The notes under the pieces: model-generated | What the model was told of the DNA's origin: nothing | The model's input: the letters and a program-made list of their open reading frames with translations, nothing else | Database searches by the model: none | Translations under genes and position numbers: made by a program | Origin: an uncultured Chthoniobacter sp. | GTDB taxonomy: Bacteria > Verrucomicrobiota > Verrucomicrobiia > Chthoniobacterales > JACTMZ01 | NCBI GenBank assembly: GCA_964609925.1 | Contig: CAZSUJ010000003.1 | Span: 21,043 to 85,042 of the forward strand | DNA: 64,000 bases | Direction: 5' to 3' | Shown here: positions 51,861 through 61,693 of the stretch, in pieces | Layout: every line of letters starts with the position of its first letter | Numbering within the stretch: position 1 is the stretch's first letter

Positions 51861-54212
51861 GTGGTCAACACCCCCGTCAACTTTTTTCCTCTGCTCGAAA
51901 GCAGAACCACACCTACGGGTCTGAAACGGACGTTTCGTTTGCTGGTTTGGGGGGCACTGACGGCGATCGCCCTCGCACCTTGGCAAGTCTCGCTCGCACA
52001 ACCCGGCACGGAAGAGGAGTTGACTCCGCCACCGATGCAGGTGACCGACCCGATTCCCAGTCCGCCGCCGCCCACGCCTGCGCCTCCTCCGCCCCAAAAT
52101 CCGCTCCCGCCAGTCGCTCCCCCTGTGGCCACGCCTGTGCTTCGTCCTGGAGCAATGACCTACTCCACGCCGGTCGGTGCGGCACCCGGCGCCCCCACGG
52201 TCGCCATCGGTCGCCCGCTCGAAAAGATGAACTTCGGCGACGCCGGCAACCGGGTCGCCTCCCAACTCCGCAGCATGCCGCAGGAGACTTTCACTTTCGA
52301 TCGCGCGATGTTGCGCGATGTGCTCCGGGTTCTCGCCGAGCAGGCGGGCATCCCCTACATCGGCATCCCCGAACATTCCACCAAGGCGCAGAGGCTCGTG
52401 ACATTCAAGATGACGGCCAGCCCGTTCGCGGCCATCGAGGCCGTTTGCAGGCAGAACGACATCAAACTCACCTACGACGACGGCGTGTGGTTCATGCGCG
52501 TGCACGACTCGAACTTCGAGCGCACGCGCACGGCCGCAGACGCGAACGAGCTTGTCGGTGTCATTTACCAGTTGAAGCATGACCCCGTGGACCGCGTTGA
52601 TTTTCGTGCAGATGCAGGGTCATCCACCGGTGGCGGTGCTGGAGGAGCCATGGCTAGTGGCGTTGGCACGGTCTCCGGGGCGGGAGGGGCCTCGATCACC
52701 ACGCCGAATCTTCCGTTGCAGAACTCCCAGCGCGTTTTTGAAGCCAAATCGCCCCGAATAGTCAACGAGATCCGCGTCATGCTGGGCCTGAAGCCGCTTG
52801 AGTATGGCGATGACGGGGCACTTAACGACCCTGACGTCGCCGCCGGCACAGAGGCCAAGATGGGGAGACTGCCTCCTTTCGACGGTGAGATGCCGTCTGC
52901 CGGTGATGGCACCGACGATTCCCAATCCGCGCTTTTCCCCGTCTATGTGCCGGCGCAGAAGCCGCAGGTCATTTACAACTCCGACACCAATATTCTCTGG
53001 GTTGTGGCCACCCGACGTCAGCATAAGTGGATCGGCGAATACCTTTCCCGCGTGGACCGGCCGCAGGACCTCATCGCGATCGAGGTCAAGTTTTTCGAGA
53101 CCAAGAAGAACCCGCAAACAGATTTCGGCATCGATTGGCAGCGCACATTCGGGGATGGGATAACTGTGCGCGGTGAGGCCAATGCAGGCAGTGAGGGCCG
53201 TTTCGCCGCCGGCAACCTCTCCGGCGGCGCGGCTACCCTCACTGGTTCGGGCACTACCACCACTTACTCAGCCGTGCTGGGGGTCGAAGAAGTCAGTGCA
53301 ACTTTGCGCGCCTTCATGCAGGACCGCAACAGCTCGCTCGTCCAATATCCACGGGTCCTAACCATCAATAATCGCGAGGTTGCCATCACTGCGGCCGAGA
53401 ACACACCTGTGAACGCGGGTGTGACGCAAACCCAATCGGGTTCGACTGCCACGCAAACGGGGACCTTAGCTTACCTGCCTGTTGGCACACAGATCAACAT
53501 TCTGCCCAAGACCGTTGGCCCCGACCAGATCGCCATGACGGTTGCCATCACTGTTTCCTCCATTATTGGCGAGCTCAACATTGACCTCGGCACCGGGGCG
53601 AATCCCTATCCTATCACGTCCCAGCGCGTCTATAACGCCACCTTGCAGGTGAACTCGGGCTACACTCTGGCCGTTGGTGGCCTTGAGAAGGTGGACGACA
53701 CGCAGACCGAGGGCGGGATTCCCCTTCTCAAGGACATTCCCGTGGCCGGCTACCTTTTCAAGAACAAGGGCAAGAACCGCAACCGCACCAACCTCATCAT
53801 CTTCATCACTCCCTACACCATCTCGGATCCCTCCCGCACACCCGGCATCTCGGAGACGCCGGAGTCGCTGATCCCCCTCCGCCCGGGCGTGCCGCCGCCA
53901 GCTCCCATTTTCTCGCCCGATGGGCAGCTGATCGGGGGAACTGGTGCCTTGCCGGGTGCCTTTGCCTGGTTGGAGTATCAGTTGCGCTACTTCAAACAGT
54001 TGAACGAGGAGGCCCGCATAGACCGCAAGACGGTCAATGATCTGCGTAGCGTCATCGCGCGTGCCCGTAACCTCTCCGCGCATCTTCAAGAACAAGTTAC
54101 TGCCGGTGCTGGGTTTGCATCCGTTGACGTGGTGGATGACTCCGCCCGCGCAGACTCCCTGCTGGTCGAACTCAACAGGGTTCTGGCGGCGTCACAAAAA
54201 AATGTGATGTAG
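51861..54212 (+). CDS. Outer-membrane secretin (PilQ/GspD family)
   Basis: Signal peptide, LRDVLRVLAEQAGI, VDRPQDLIAIEVKFFE, PRVLTINNREVAI, GIPLLKDIPVAGYLFK, NLIIFITP. Confidence 0.92.
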   Translation: MVNTPVNFFPLLESRTTPTGLKRTFRLLVWGALTAIALAPWQVSLAQPGTEEELTPPPMQVTDPIPSPPPPTPAPPPPQNPLPPVAPPVATPVLRPGAMTYSTPVGAAPGAPTVAIGRPLEKMNFGDAGNRVASQLRSMPQETFTFDRAMLRDVLRVLAEQAGIPYIGIPEHSTKAQRLVTFKMTASPFAAIEAVCRQNDIKLTYDDGVWFMRVHDSNFERTRTAADANELVGVIYQLKHDPVDRVDFRADAGSSTGGGAGGAMASGVGTVSGAGGASITTPNLPLQNSQRVFEAKSPRIVNEIRVMLGLKPLEYGDDGALNDPDVAAGTEAKMGRLPPFDGEMPSAGDGTDDSQSALFPVYVPAQKPQVIYNSDTNILWVVATRRQHKWIGEYLSRVDRPQDLIAIEVKFFETKKNPQTDFGIDWQRTFGDGITVRGEANAGSEGRFAAGNLSGGAATLTGSGTTTTYSAVLGVEEVSATLRAFMQDRNSSLVQYPRVLTINNREVAITAAENTPVNAGVTQTQSGSTATQTGTLAYLPVGTQINILPKTVGPDQIAMTVAITVSSIIGELNIDLGTGANPYPITSQRVYNATLQVNSGYTLAVGGLEKVDDTQTEGGIPLLKDIPVAGYLFKNKGKNRNRTNLIIFITPYTISDPSRTPGISETPESLIPLRPGVPPPAPIFSPDGQLIGGTGALPGAFAWLEYQLRYFKQLNEEARIDRKTVNDLRSVIARARNLSAHLQEQVTAGAGFASVDVVDDSARADSLLVELNRVLAASQKNVM

Positions 54213-54235
54213 GGTGCAGCTGGACCAACGGGCGT

Positions 54236-54276
54236 TTGACATAGGCGGGATGTGTCCGTAATCTGCCACTAGGAGG
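54236..54276 (+). promoter_or_regulatory. Near-consensus sigma70 promoter and Shine-Dalgarno for the giant pilin
   Basis: TTGACA (54236-41), N17, TAATCT (54259-64); AGGAGG at 54271-76, 6 nt before ATG 54283. Confidence 0.75.
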
Positions 54277-54282
54277 AATCCA

Positions 54283-56772
54283 ATGCGCCCGCCCAAGAAC
54301 CGCACCGATCTTCGCAGCGCCGTCACCCTGATCGAGGTGCTGATTGCTTTGGGAGTCGTGGCGGTTCTCGGCGGCGGGGCCTACCTCAACGTGGTCAACT
54401 CGCGTGTGTCTGCCGACGAGGCGAAACTCGAGCAGGATGTGCGTGTGCTCAACAGCGCCATCGACGCCTATCTGGCCTCCGGCGGCGACCTCGATGGTGC
54501 CAGCACACCGGAGGCTGTGTTGGCCCGGCTCAAGACGCGCGCCGATTCGACATCGGCTCCGCGGGTGCTCGGGCTGACAGGTTCCTTTGTGGATTCGCGC
54601 ACAACAGCCCTGATGCAGACTTCGGAGGAGGCGGGCACCGGAGGCTTGCGGGCTTACTACACCACTTCGCCGTCGCCGCGGTTCATCACGGGGACGAGCG
54701 GCGCGGCCGGTGTGAAGGCCTTTGTTTTCGACGATGCCGCGGGGTCGGCCAGCCCCACCGGAGAGGAGCGCACCCGCACCCTCGACGTGGCGACGCAGAC
54801 AGCTTGGGTGTGGGACTTCACCAACCGTCCGGCTCCGGCGCCCGGCGAGGCGCAGGTGCCGGTGGCCACGGAGATAACCAACCGCGTGATCACCCCGGGC
54901 GTGTCGGCGATCCAGCTCAATCCCCCGACGTTCAACCCGCCGGCTGGTGTCAATCCGCTGACGAGCTACCCGTTGTCCCTCACGCTGGTGAACCCCAACC
55001 CCGCCGGCAGTTCACGGATCTACTATTCACTCAACGCGGGCCCCTACGTGTTGTTCAACACGGCGTTTTCCATCGGTCCGAACACGACGATCACGGCCTT
55101 CTGCATCAGCTTGGACCCGTCCCGCTACACCACGAGCGCGGCGGCCACAGCGGCCTACGGTGTCACCCCGTTGCAACTGGCCATCTCTGTTTCCGCCTCC
55201 CCGTCGCTGACCTATGCGCAAGTCGGCGGGTCCATGCTCGGCCAACCCACGCAAATTCCGCCTCCGGCCACGATCACCCTCGGGGTGACCGTGCCGACGC
55301 CCTACCTCAGCAGCGACGGGTTCCGGATCGAATACACCACCGATGGCAGCGATCCCCTGACCTCGACCAACCGCGTGATCGGTCCCTCGTTCTCGGGGTC
55401 GTTCGACTCGCCGAGCATCGATCTTTCGCTGACCAACTGGGGAACCCGCTCGAACCTGCCGATCCGCGCGGTGGCCCGCGCGTTGAACACCAACTTCTTC
55501 ATCTCGTCGCCCGTGGTCAGCAACGTGGTGTCGGCCAACCGCGTGGCCCTTACTGCGCCCGTTGTGTCGCCCAGCAATCAGGTGGTCACTTTCTCCGTGA
55601 CCGTCAACATGAGCAACCCCCCGACCGGTCCGTCCACGGGGATGCAGATCCGCTACACGACCAACAACACGGCGCCGAACATGACCAACGGCATCCTCTA
55701 CAGCAGCCCGTTTTCGATCTCCTCGTTCGGAGTCAACGAGCAGAAGCCGGTCCGTGCGGTCACCGTGCCCTCGGGTGTCCTGACCAACTGGTTCAACATC
55801 AGCCCGGAAACCGCCCGAACCTACACTGGTCCAGCGTTCCTCGGTTCGGGCATCCCCAGCGGGGCTCTCGTCGCATCCGCCGAACTCAACAGCACGTTCA
55901 ACGGCAGTGTCACCATCGCCTACCGGACGAACCAAGCCAACATCACCTACAACCAGAACGCCGTGATCAACGGCAGCCTCTATGTTCCGGGCACCCCGCG
56001 GGTGGCGCAGAATTCCCCGTTCATTCCCCAGTGGTTTCCGACCAACGACAGTTCTTTCTCCAACCGCATCTACGGCATTGTCTCCGGGCAGCCGGTCAGC
56101 CCGCGGGTAGTTGACCTGACGGGCCCGAGCACTCCCACGAACTACGTCATCACCTTCAACAACAACTCCTACATCACCGGAAAGATTTTCCGTCGCATCG
56201 AGCGCTACACCCTCACCCCGCTCAACGTGGCCAGCTTCCCCGTGAAGACCTCCTCGGCCTCACTCAGCCTCAACGGCCCCGTCGCCGCGCCCCTCAGCGC
56301 AACGAACGTGGCCAATGTCACCCTGAACACCACCAGCGTCGGGTCGGTGCCGCTCCTTCCGGGAACTTACGGAAACATGACCGCGAACAACGACAGCAAG
56401 TTTGTGCTCGGCAACGCAGCCAGCCCCGACACGCCTGTGACTTACAGCTTCGACTCGCTGCAACTAAACAGCTCGGCGGACCTTGTCATCGTAGGCCGGG
56501 TGATCCTCAACATCCGCAATGGCTTCGCGGTCAACAACGGCTCTGTGCTGGGCAATTCGGCGAACCCTGACTGGTTGCAGATCAACGTCTGGAACGGCAA
56601 CGTGGCTGCGAACTCCGGCAGTTCCATATACGGCCGGCTCTACGTTCCGGGCCACCGGGTTGACCTGAACAACGGCAGTGTCCTTACCGGCGCCGTGACG
56701 GCGAACGCCCTTCAAATCAACAGCTCCGCCACAGTCTTCTCCCTCTCCCCTGCCAACTCCCCCACCTTCTGA
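54283..56772 (+). CDS. 829-aa prepilin fused to three Fn3/chitobiase-like repeats and a C-terminal beta-solenoid-like region
   Basis: Class III signal RSA|VTLIEVLIALGVVAVL (E5); repeats RIYYSLN, RIEYTTDGSDP, QIRYTTNNTAP; C-terminal NNGS-rich YGRLYVP...L.NGS...GAV. Confidence 0.82.
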   Translation: MRPPKNRTDLRSAVTLIEVLIALGVVAVLGGGAYLNVVNSRVSADEAKLEQDVRVLNSAIDAYLASGGDLDGASTPEAVLARLKTRADSTSAPRVLGLTGSFVDSRTTALMQTSEEAGTGGLRAYYTTSPSPRFITGTSGAAGVKAFVFDDAAGSASPTGEERTRTLDVATQTAWVWDFTNRPAPAPGEAQVPVATEITNRVITPGVSAIQLNPPTFNPPAGVNPLTSYPLSLTLVNPNPAGSSRIYYSLNAGPYVLFNTAFSIGPNTTITAFCISLDPSRYTTSAAATAAYGVTPLQLAISVSASPSLTYAQVGGSMLGQPTQIPPPATITLGVTVPTPYLSSDGFRIEYTTDGSDPLTSTNRVIGPSFSGSFDSPSIDLSLTNWGTRSNLPIRAVARALNTNFFISSPVVSNVVSANRVALTAPVVSPSNQVVTFSVTVNMSNPPTGPSTGMQIRYTTNNTAPNMTNGILYSSPFSISSFGVNEQKPVRAVTVPSGVLTNWFNISPETARTYTGPAFLGSGIPSGALVASAELNSTFNGSVTIAYRTNQANITYNQNAVINGSLYVPGTPRVAQNSPFIPQWFPTNDSSFSNRIYGIVSGQPVSPRVVDLTGPSTPTNYVITFNNNSYITGKIFRRIERYTLTPLNVASFPVKTSSASLSLNGPVAAPLSATNVANVTLNTTSVGSVPLLPGTYGNMTANNDSKFVLGNAASPDTPVTYSFDSLQLNSSADLVIVGRVILNIRNGFAVNNGSVLGNSANPDWLQINVWNGNVAANSGSSIYGRLYVPGHRVDLNNGSVLTGAVTANALQINSSATVFSLSPANSPTF

Positions 56773-56841
56773 CGGCGCCGGGCCGCCCGCGGGCTTTGCG
56801 CTTGAATTGCCCGCCATCTGTTCCACCCTCTCGTCCAGAGC

Positions 56842-57957
56842 ATGAACCTCCTGAAAATCGACCCTGAAGGGACCGTCGGCCAGCGCTTCAAGGAGCTCAG
56901 CCAAGATGACCGGGTAAGCGACTTCTACCTCACGGCCAACGAGCCGTTGGCCTACAAGCGCAACGGGCAATTGGTCTATGACGGCACCGTCTACGATTTC
57001 GCCGTGCCCGAGAACCTCGAACCCGGTTGCGTGGACAGCGCGATCGATCTCCACGGCCGGCGCTACCGCGTGAGCCAGATGATGACCAAGGGCAAGCTGC
57101 GCTGGGTCCTGCGGCTGCTGCCCGAGATCATTCCGACACCCGACTCGGTCAAGGTGCCCGTGCCCGCCCTCAAGGCGTTCATGGAGGCCCGCAACGGCCT
57201 CTTCCTCATCTGCGGCGCCACGGGCAGCGGCAAGTCCACCACCATCGCCTCCATGGTGCTCCACCGTGCCAAGCGCCGCCGCGAGCATGTCATCTCGTTC
57301 GAGGATCCCATCGAGTTCGTTTACCCGGAGAACCTCCCGTCGCTCATCTCGCAGCGTGAAATGGGGACGGACGAGCGGGATTTCGGCAAGGCCCTGCGTG
57401 CCGCCCTGCGCCAGGCGCCGGACGTGATCATCATCGGCGAGATCCGCGACGGCGAGACGGCCGAGATCGCCTTGCAGGCGTCCGAGACCGGCCACGTGGT
57501 GGTGGCCACGCTGCACACCTCGTCGGCCTCCCAGACCGTGCAGCGCTTCCTCAAGCTGATCCCGAGCGAGCGCCTCGAGAGTTCACAGGCCAGCCTGGCC
57601 GATTGCCTGCGCCTCATCATGTGCCAGCGTCTCCTCCTCGACGATCGCAAGGGCAAGCGTTTCCCCGTGCACGAAGTGCTGCTCCAATACGACGGCGTGA
57701 TCAACATCGTCCGGCGCGGCGATTTCAAGAAACTCGACCAGGAACTGGAGACCGGCTGGAAACGCGGCATGTTCAACTTCGAAAAGAGCCTGGAAATCCG
57801 GCAGGGCGAGGGCTTCAACAGTCTGGGCAGCATCGAGCGCCCGGAGTTCGACTGGCAGCAGGCCCGCGAATATCTCGAGGCGCAGGAGGAACTCGCAGGC
57901 AACGCCCCGGATTCGCCCCAACGCCGCTCTGCCGACTACCAAGGCCAGCGCACCTAG
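56842..57957 (+). CDS. PilT/PilU-like ATPase
   Basis: GATGSGKST, EDPIEF, SQRE, ALRQAPDVIIIGEIRD, TGH...TLH; short N-terminus; no AIRNLIRE motif. Confidence 0.88.
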   Translation: MNLLKIDPEGTVGQRFKELSQDDRVSDFYLTANEPLAYKRNGQLVYDGTVYDFAVPENLEPGCVDSAIDLHGRRYRVSQMMTKGKLRWVLRLLPEIIPTPDSVKVPVPALKAFMEARNGLFLICGATGSGKSTTIASMVLHRAKRRREHVISFEDPIEFVYPENLPSLISQREMGTDERDFGKALRAALRQAPDVIIIGEIRDGETAEIALQASETGHVVVATLHTSSASQTVQRFLKLIPSERLESSQASLADCLRLIMCQRLLLDDRKGKRFPVHEVLLQYDGVINIVRRGDFKKLDQELETGWKRGMFNFEKSLEIRQGEGFNSLGSIERPEFDWQQAREYLEAQEELAGNAPDSPQRRSADYQGQRT

Positions 57958-57960
57958 CCC

Positions 57961-58827
57961 ATGCTCGACCAGGTCAAATCCGTCCTCACCTTCCGCGCCT
58001 TCCGGCCAGAGCCGGACGACCCGAATGCGACTTGGAAAAACCGCTTCGCCGGCCGCCCGACCGCGCTTCTGAACATCGGGCGCGCTTCGCTTTCGTATGT
58101 CGTGATGAAGGACGCAAAGACGTTTGCGCCGGGTGGCGCGCAAAAGGGCGAAACCAAGGAGCTCTTCTCCGTCATGGGCCACGCGATCGAGGAGGCTACG
58201 TCCGACGGCTGGTGCGCCGTCTCGCTGGACACCCGCTACGTCATCAGCGTCGAGTCGAACCTCTCCCGCAAGAAAGGCTCGGAGGAAGCCATGCGCAAGG
58301 ATCCGCGCAGCGTCCTGCACGGACGCTACGAGCGCGGCAAGCGCTACGCGGTCACGCACAACCCGGAGACCAATTCCAGCCTGCTCCTGAGCTGCGACGA
58401 GGAGCACCTCAAGAAGATCGAGGTGATGTGCCGCGAACAGCGGCTCAAGATCGCCCGCCTGTGCTGCGGGACCTACGTCCTCCTGCGCTACGCGCTCTCT
58501 AAGATCAACGTCAAGAAAGGCTCCGAGAACCCCGTCAGCGCGCTCTTCATCACCTGCTCGGGCGGTTCGCTCTGCGTCCTCTCGCAGCAGAAGGACAACT
58601 GGGTCGAGATCCGTTCGCGCCCCGACGTTTACGACGGCGACCTCGAGTCGCTCATGGAGTTGATCTCGCCTTTCAACGAGCGCATCGCCGACGACGGCCT
58701 CGTCGTGCTGGCCTGCGACGAGCCGATCCCCGGCTTGCCCGAGCGCCTGCGCGAGGTTTTTGCCGGGCATGAATTGAACGACCTCACCGAACCCGCGCTC
58801 CTCGCGCGCCTGGTCTATGAAGGCTGA
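57961..58827 (+). CDS. Divergent PilM/GspL-cytoplasmic-like protein
   Basis: Soluble 288 aa, ALLNIGRASL first strand; assigned mainly by position before two bitopic coiled-coil proteins. Confidence 0.5.
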   Translation: MLDQVKSVLTFRAFRPEPDDPNATWKNRFAGRPTALLNIGRASLSYVVMKDAKTFAPGGAQKGETKELFSVMGHAIEEATSDGWCAVSLDTRYVISVESNLSRKKGSEEAMRKDPRSVLHGRYERGKRYAVTHNPETNSSLLLSCDEEHLKKIEVMCREQRLKIARLCCGTYVLLRYALSKINVKKGSENPVSALFITCSGGSLCVLSQQKDNWVEIRSRPDVYDGDLESLMELISPFNERIADDGLVVLACDEPIPGLPERLREVFAGHELNDLTEPALLARLVYEG

Positions 58828-58843
58828 ACCCGCACCCACGGCT

Positions 58844-58904
58844 GTAGCGGCGATGTCCCCATCGCCGACGGTCCGTGCTCCGGCCATGGGTGCCTCGCCG
58901 CTAC
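58844..58904. repeat. REPIN-like inverted pair of GTAG REP sequences
   Basis: GTAG-CGGCGATG-tccc-CATCGCCG (58844-67), 13-nt spacer, inverted copy 58881-904 (rc GTAGCGGCGAGGCACCCATGGCCG, 20/24 identical). Confidence 0.8.
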
Positions 58905-58919
58905 AACCATCCTGATTGC

Positions 58920-59534
58920 ATGCAAGTCCTTGCCAACGAGATCGACGACTTCAAGACGGAGCGGAAGGACATCCTTCCGCCGCTGCCGCAGGTCTTCCGC
59001 CTCGTCCCGATCCTCTTCTACCTGTCGATCATCTTCGTCGTGCTCATCAGCGCCATCGCGGCCGTGCACACGAAGGTGGCGAACGACCGCCTCAACGACG
59101 CCCGCAAGCGCGTGGCCGACCTCAAGACGGAGATCGAGGGACTCAAGACCCAGCGGACCGAGCTCGAGTCCCAGATTCGCGGGGCCGCGGAGTTGGAGGG
59201 GTGGGTCCTCGCGGCCGCCCCCATCCAGCCGTTGGTCGTCGCGATCTGCGAGAGCATGGATGCCCGCATGCAGTCGTCCATCGTGGAACTGAAGCTTGAG
59301 CGCGATGTCGAAAGCCCCTCCCAGTTGAAGCTCGGTCTGCGTCTCAACACGACTTCGGAGGAGCAGTTGCAGAAGACCCTGAATGCGGTGCGCGAGCTCG
59401 GCTTCAACGAGTTTTCGCCCACGCAGAGCAATGTCGGCGGCGCCTTGGACTACCGCGCCACCCTTCTGTGGGAGTTGCCCAACGCCGACGAACCGCCCGA
59501 ACCCGTGCAGACCTCCGCCGCTGCCCAGCCATGA
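58920..59534 (+). CDS. PilN-like bitopic membrane protein
   Basis: One TM, then coiled coil and alpha/beta C-domain; position in cluster. Confidence 0.6.
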   Translation: MQVLANEIDDFKTERKDILPPLPQVFRLVPILFYLSIIFVVLISAIAAVHTKVANDRLNDARKRVADLKTEIEGLKTQRTELESQIRGAAELEGWVLAAAPIQPLVVAICESMDARMQSSIVELKLERDVESPSQLKLGLRLNTTSEEQLQKTLNAVRELGFNEFSPTQSNVGGALDYRATLLWELPNADEPPEPVQTSAAAQP

Positions 59535-60085
59535 ACACCAAGCAACTCGCCTGCATCATCCTCCTCGCGGTCATGGCCGGGGTCATTCAACTCGGGCTTA
59601 CTCTCCGCAAGGGGGCGGCCTCGGTGGCCGAGGAGGCCCGCAAGGAGGAGGAGGTCGAGAAGGGACAGATCAGCCAGCGCGACGCGGAACTGCGCTCCAT
59701 GAACGCCTTGAAAAAGCAGTCGGAGGATCTCCTCACCTTCATCAAGGACTGGGAACCCCAATTCGCCGTCTTCCAGGAGCAGCAGACAGCCGAGACGATC
59801 ATCAGCATGAAGGTCCGTTCCGACCGCCTGGCCACGCTGCAGCAGCGCTACCAGCAAATCCCGCACAAGATGAACGGCAAGGACGTCGAGACGCTTCCGA
59901 ACCTCACGCGGGCCACGCTCACGTTCGAGGACTCCTACCCGAAACTTCTCAACTGGCTCGGGGAGATCGAGCGGCTCCATCCCACCATGCGGGTTTGGAG
60001 CATCACGCTGAGCAAGGGATCCCGGGGCGACGACCTGAGGATGGAACTCGTGCTCGAGGTTCCGCTTAGGAGGAAGAAGGCATGA
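59531..60085 (+). CDS. PilO/GspM-like bitopic membrane protein
   Basis: TM plus coiled coil; TFEDSYPKLLNWLGEIER...MRVWSITL resembles the PilO ferredoxin-like core; ATGA overlap. Confidence 0.68.
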   Translation: MNTKQLACIILLAVMAGVIQLGLTLRKGAASVAEEARKEEEVEKGQISQRDAELRSMNALKKQSEDLLTFIKDWEPQFAVFQEQQTAETIISMKVRSDRLATLQQRYQQIPHKMNGKDVETLPNLTRATLTFEDSYPKLLNWLGEIERLHPTMRVWSITLSKGSRGDDLRMELVLEVPLRRKKA

Positions 60086-60807
60086 AGACCCGCCTGACGC
60101 TCCTGACGATGGCAGCCGTCTTCGCCGCCCTCTCCACGGCTGATCTCGCAGCCCAAGATCCAGCTGCGTCCCCGCCCGCGGTAATGGCTTCGACGACCGC
60201 CGCCACGCCCAACAGGTCGGTCTTCAGCCCCTCCGCGCGCCAGCCCAAGGTTCTGCCCGAAGGTCAGAGAAATCCTTTCGGAGCGGCCGCCGCGCCAGCT
60301 GAGGAGCAGGAGGAGATGGTCGCAGCAGAGACCGAGGAGGCCAAACTCCGCCGCATGCTCGGCAAGATGCGGGTCACCGGCCTGTCCGGGTCGCCGGGAA
60401 GCTACAGCGTGGTGCTCGGATCCATGGTGCTGCGCGAGGGGGAGAAGCTTCCCCGCCTCTATGCGAACCAGGCCGAGGAACTCCGGGTCGATTCGGTCAC
60501 TGCCAGCGAGGTCATCCTCACATTCGTGGAAAGGGTCGCCGGAATCCCTCCGCGCAGCATGATCCTGAGATTCGACCTCTCGCCGCGGGTGCGTTCCGTC
60601 CTGCCCGGTGAGCTTTTCCAAGCCATGGTGCCGGTTGACCCGAAAGGCAACATCCAGCTCGCTGATGTGGAGCCTCCCGCGGCGAAGGAGATCGAGAAAG
60701 GCCTCAAAGCGCAGGAGTTCGAGGGCCTTGTCGAGCGTCGCTTCAAGCTCATGGGCAGCCCCCTTTTCCCTCCGGGCGATGAAGACACAAAACAGCAACA
60801 GCCCTGA
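60082..60807 (+). CDS. PilP/GspC-like exported protein
   Basis: Signal peptide, RNPF motif, beta-rich RVTGL...VLREGEKL...VDSV...VIL. Confidence 0.6.
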   Translation: MKTRLTLLTMAAVFAALSTADLAAQDPAASPPAVMASTTAATPNRSVFSPSARQPKVLPEGQRNPFGAAAAPAEEQEEMVAAETEEAKLRRMLGKMRVTGLSGSPGSYSVVLGSMVLREGEKLPRLYANQAEELRVDSVTASEVILTFVERVAGIPPRSMILRFDLSPRVRSVLPGELFQAMVPVDPKGNIQLADVEPPAAKEIEKGLKAQEFEGLVERRFKLMGSPLFPPGDEDTKQQQP

Positions 60808-61693
60808 AAGTGGCCTGACTTTCGTCGAGTTGCTCATCGCAATGGCGGTGGGAGCCGCGGTGCTTGCCGCCGCGGTCATCGGGTTCGCCACCATTGTCAA
60901 CAACCCGATGCGCATCGGCACGATAGATGTCTCGATCGACGCCAACCTTCACAACACCCTCTACGGTGCATCGGCCGACACCGTCACCATCGGACAGAAC
61001 CCGAACTACTACCAGTCCGGCCAGGCCCAGCGCATGAAGGAGCTGCTGCTGGCTGACGTGGCTGCCTCTTCCGCCGTCTTCGCCCTCGGTCGCAACGCGC
61101 GCAACGATGTCCGGCTCGACTCGGTCGGCGTGCCGGCCGGATTCGATTTCCGCGAGGTGGCCACACCATCGGACTTCGGCGACTTCCTCGAGGAGGCCAC
61201 TTCGACTTCGGTCTATTCCCCGGCGCAGACCGGCGCGCTGACCACGACGAATGCCACCATCTTCTGCCTGGGCGGCCTGCAGTCGGTCAGCGCGGAAGAG
61301 AATCTCCTTTACGTCAATTCCTTCTACGAGATCGACTTTGTCACCACGTCGGCGCCGGCGGGCACTTATGTCACCGTGCGCCGCTTCACCGGGGATTCCG
61401 GAGTGCCCACCGACTATTACCACCTCTTCTATCCGGGCGACCAGAACAGCACGCTGCCCTTCCGTCCGCTGGCCGCATTTTTCGGACGCACGGCCTCCAG
61501 CGAGGGGCCGGCCCTTTTCAACATCGCCCCCAATCACCCCTTCACTTTCGTTTGGTGGCCCGATCCTCTCGTCGGTTTCCTCAGCGGGCAGGGTGGAGCC
61601 AACGCCACCGCGGGAACCGTGCGCGCCCAATACTCGAACATGGCCCGGAGGACCTCCCTCTTTTTCGTCCTCCCAACCTTTCCCGGACAATGA
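60779..61693 (+). CDS. Minor pilin (PilW/GspJ-like)
   Basis: MKTQNSNSPESG|LTFVELLIAMAVGAAVL prepilin motif with E5. Confidence 0.8.
   Translation: MKTQNSNSPESGLTFVELLIAMAVGAAVLAAAVIGFATIVNNPMRIGTIDVSIDANLHNTLYGASADTVTIGQNPNYYQSGQAQRMKELLLADVAASSAVFALGRNARNDVRLDSVGVPAGFDFREVATPSDFGDFLEEATSTSVYSPAQTGALTTTNATIFCLGGLQSVSAEENLLYVNSFYEIDFVTTSAPAGTYVTVRRFTGDSGVPTDYYHLFYPGDQNSTLPFRPLAAFFGRTASSEGPALFNIAPNHPFTFVWWPDPLVGFLSGQGGANATAGTVRAQYSNMARRTSLFFVLPTFPGQ

Noticed and set aside
54192-54207. TCACA-N6-TGTGA as a CRP/FNR site
   Set aside because: The half-sites are in the opposite order to the CRP consensus TGTGA-N6-TCACA and lie in the secretin coding end. Kept only as an unassigned palindrome.
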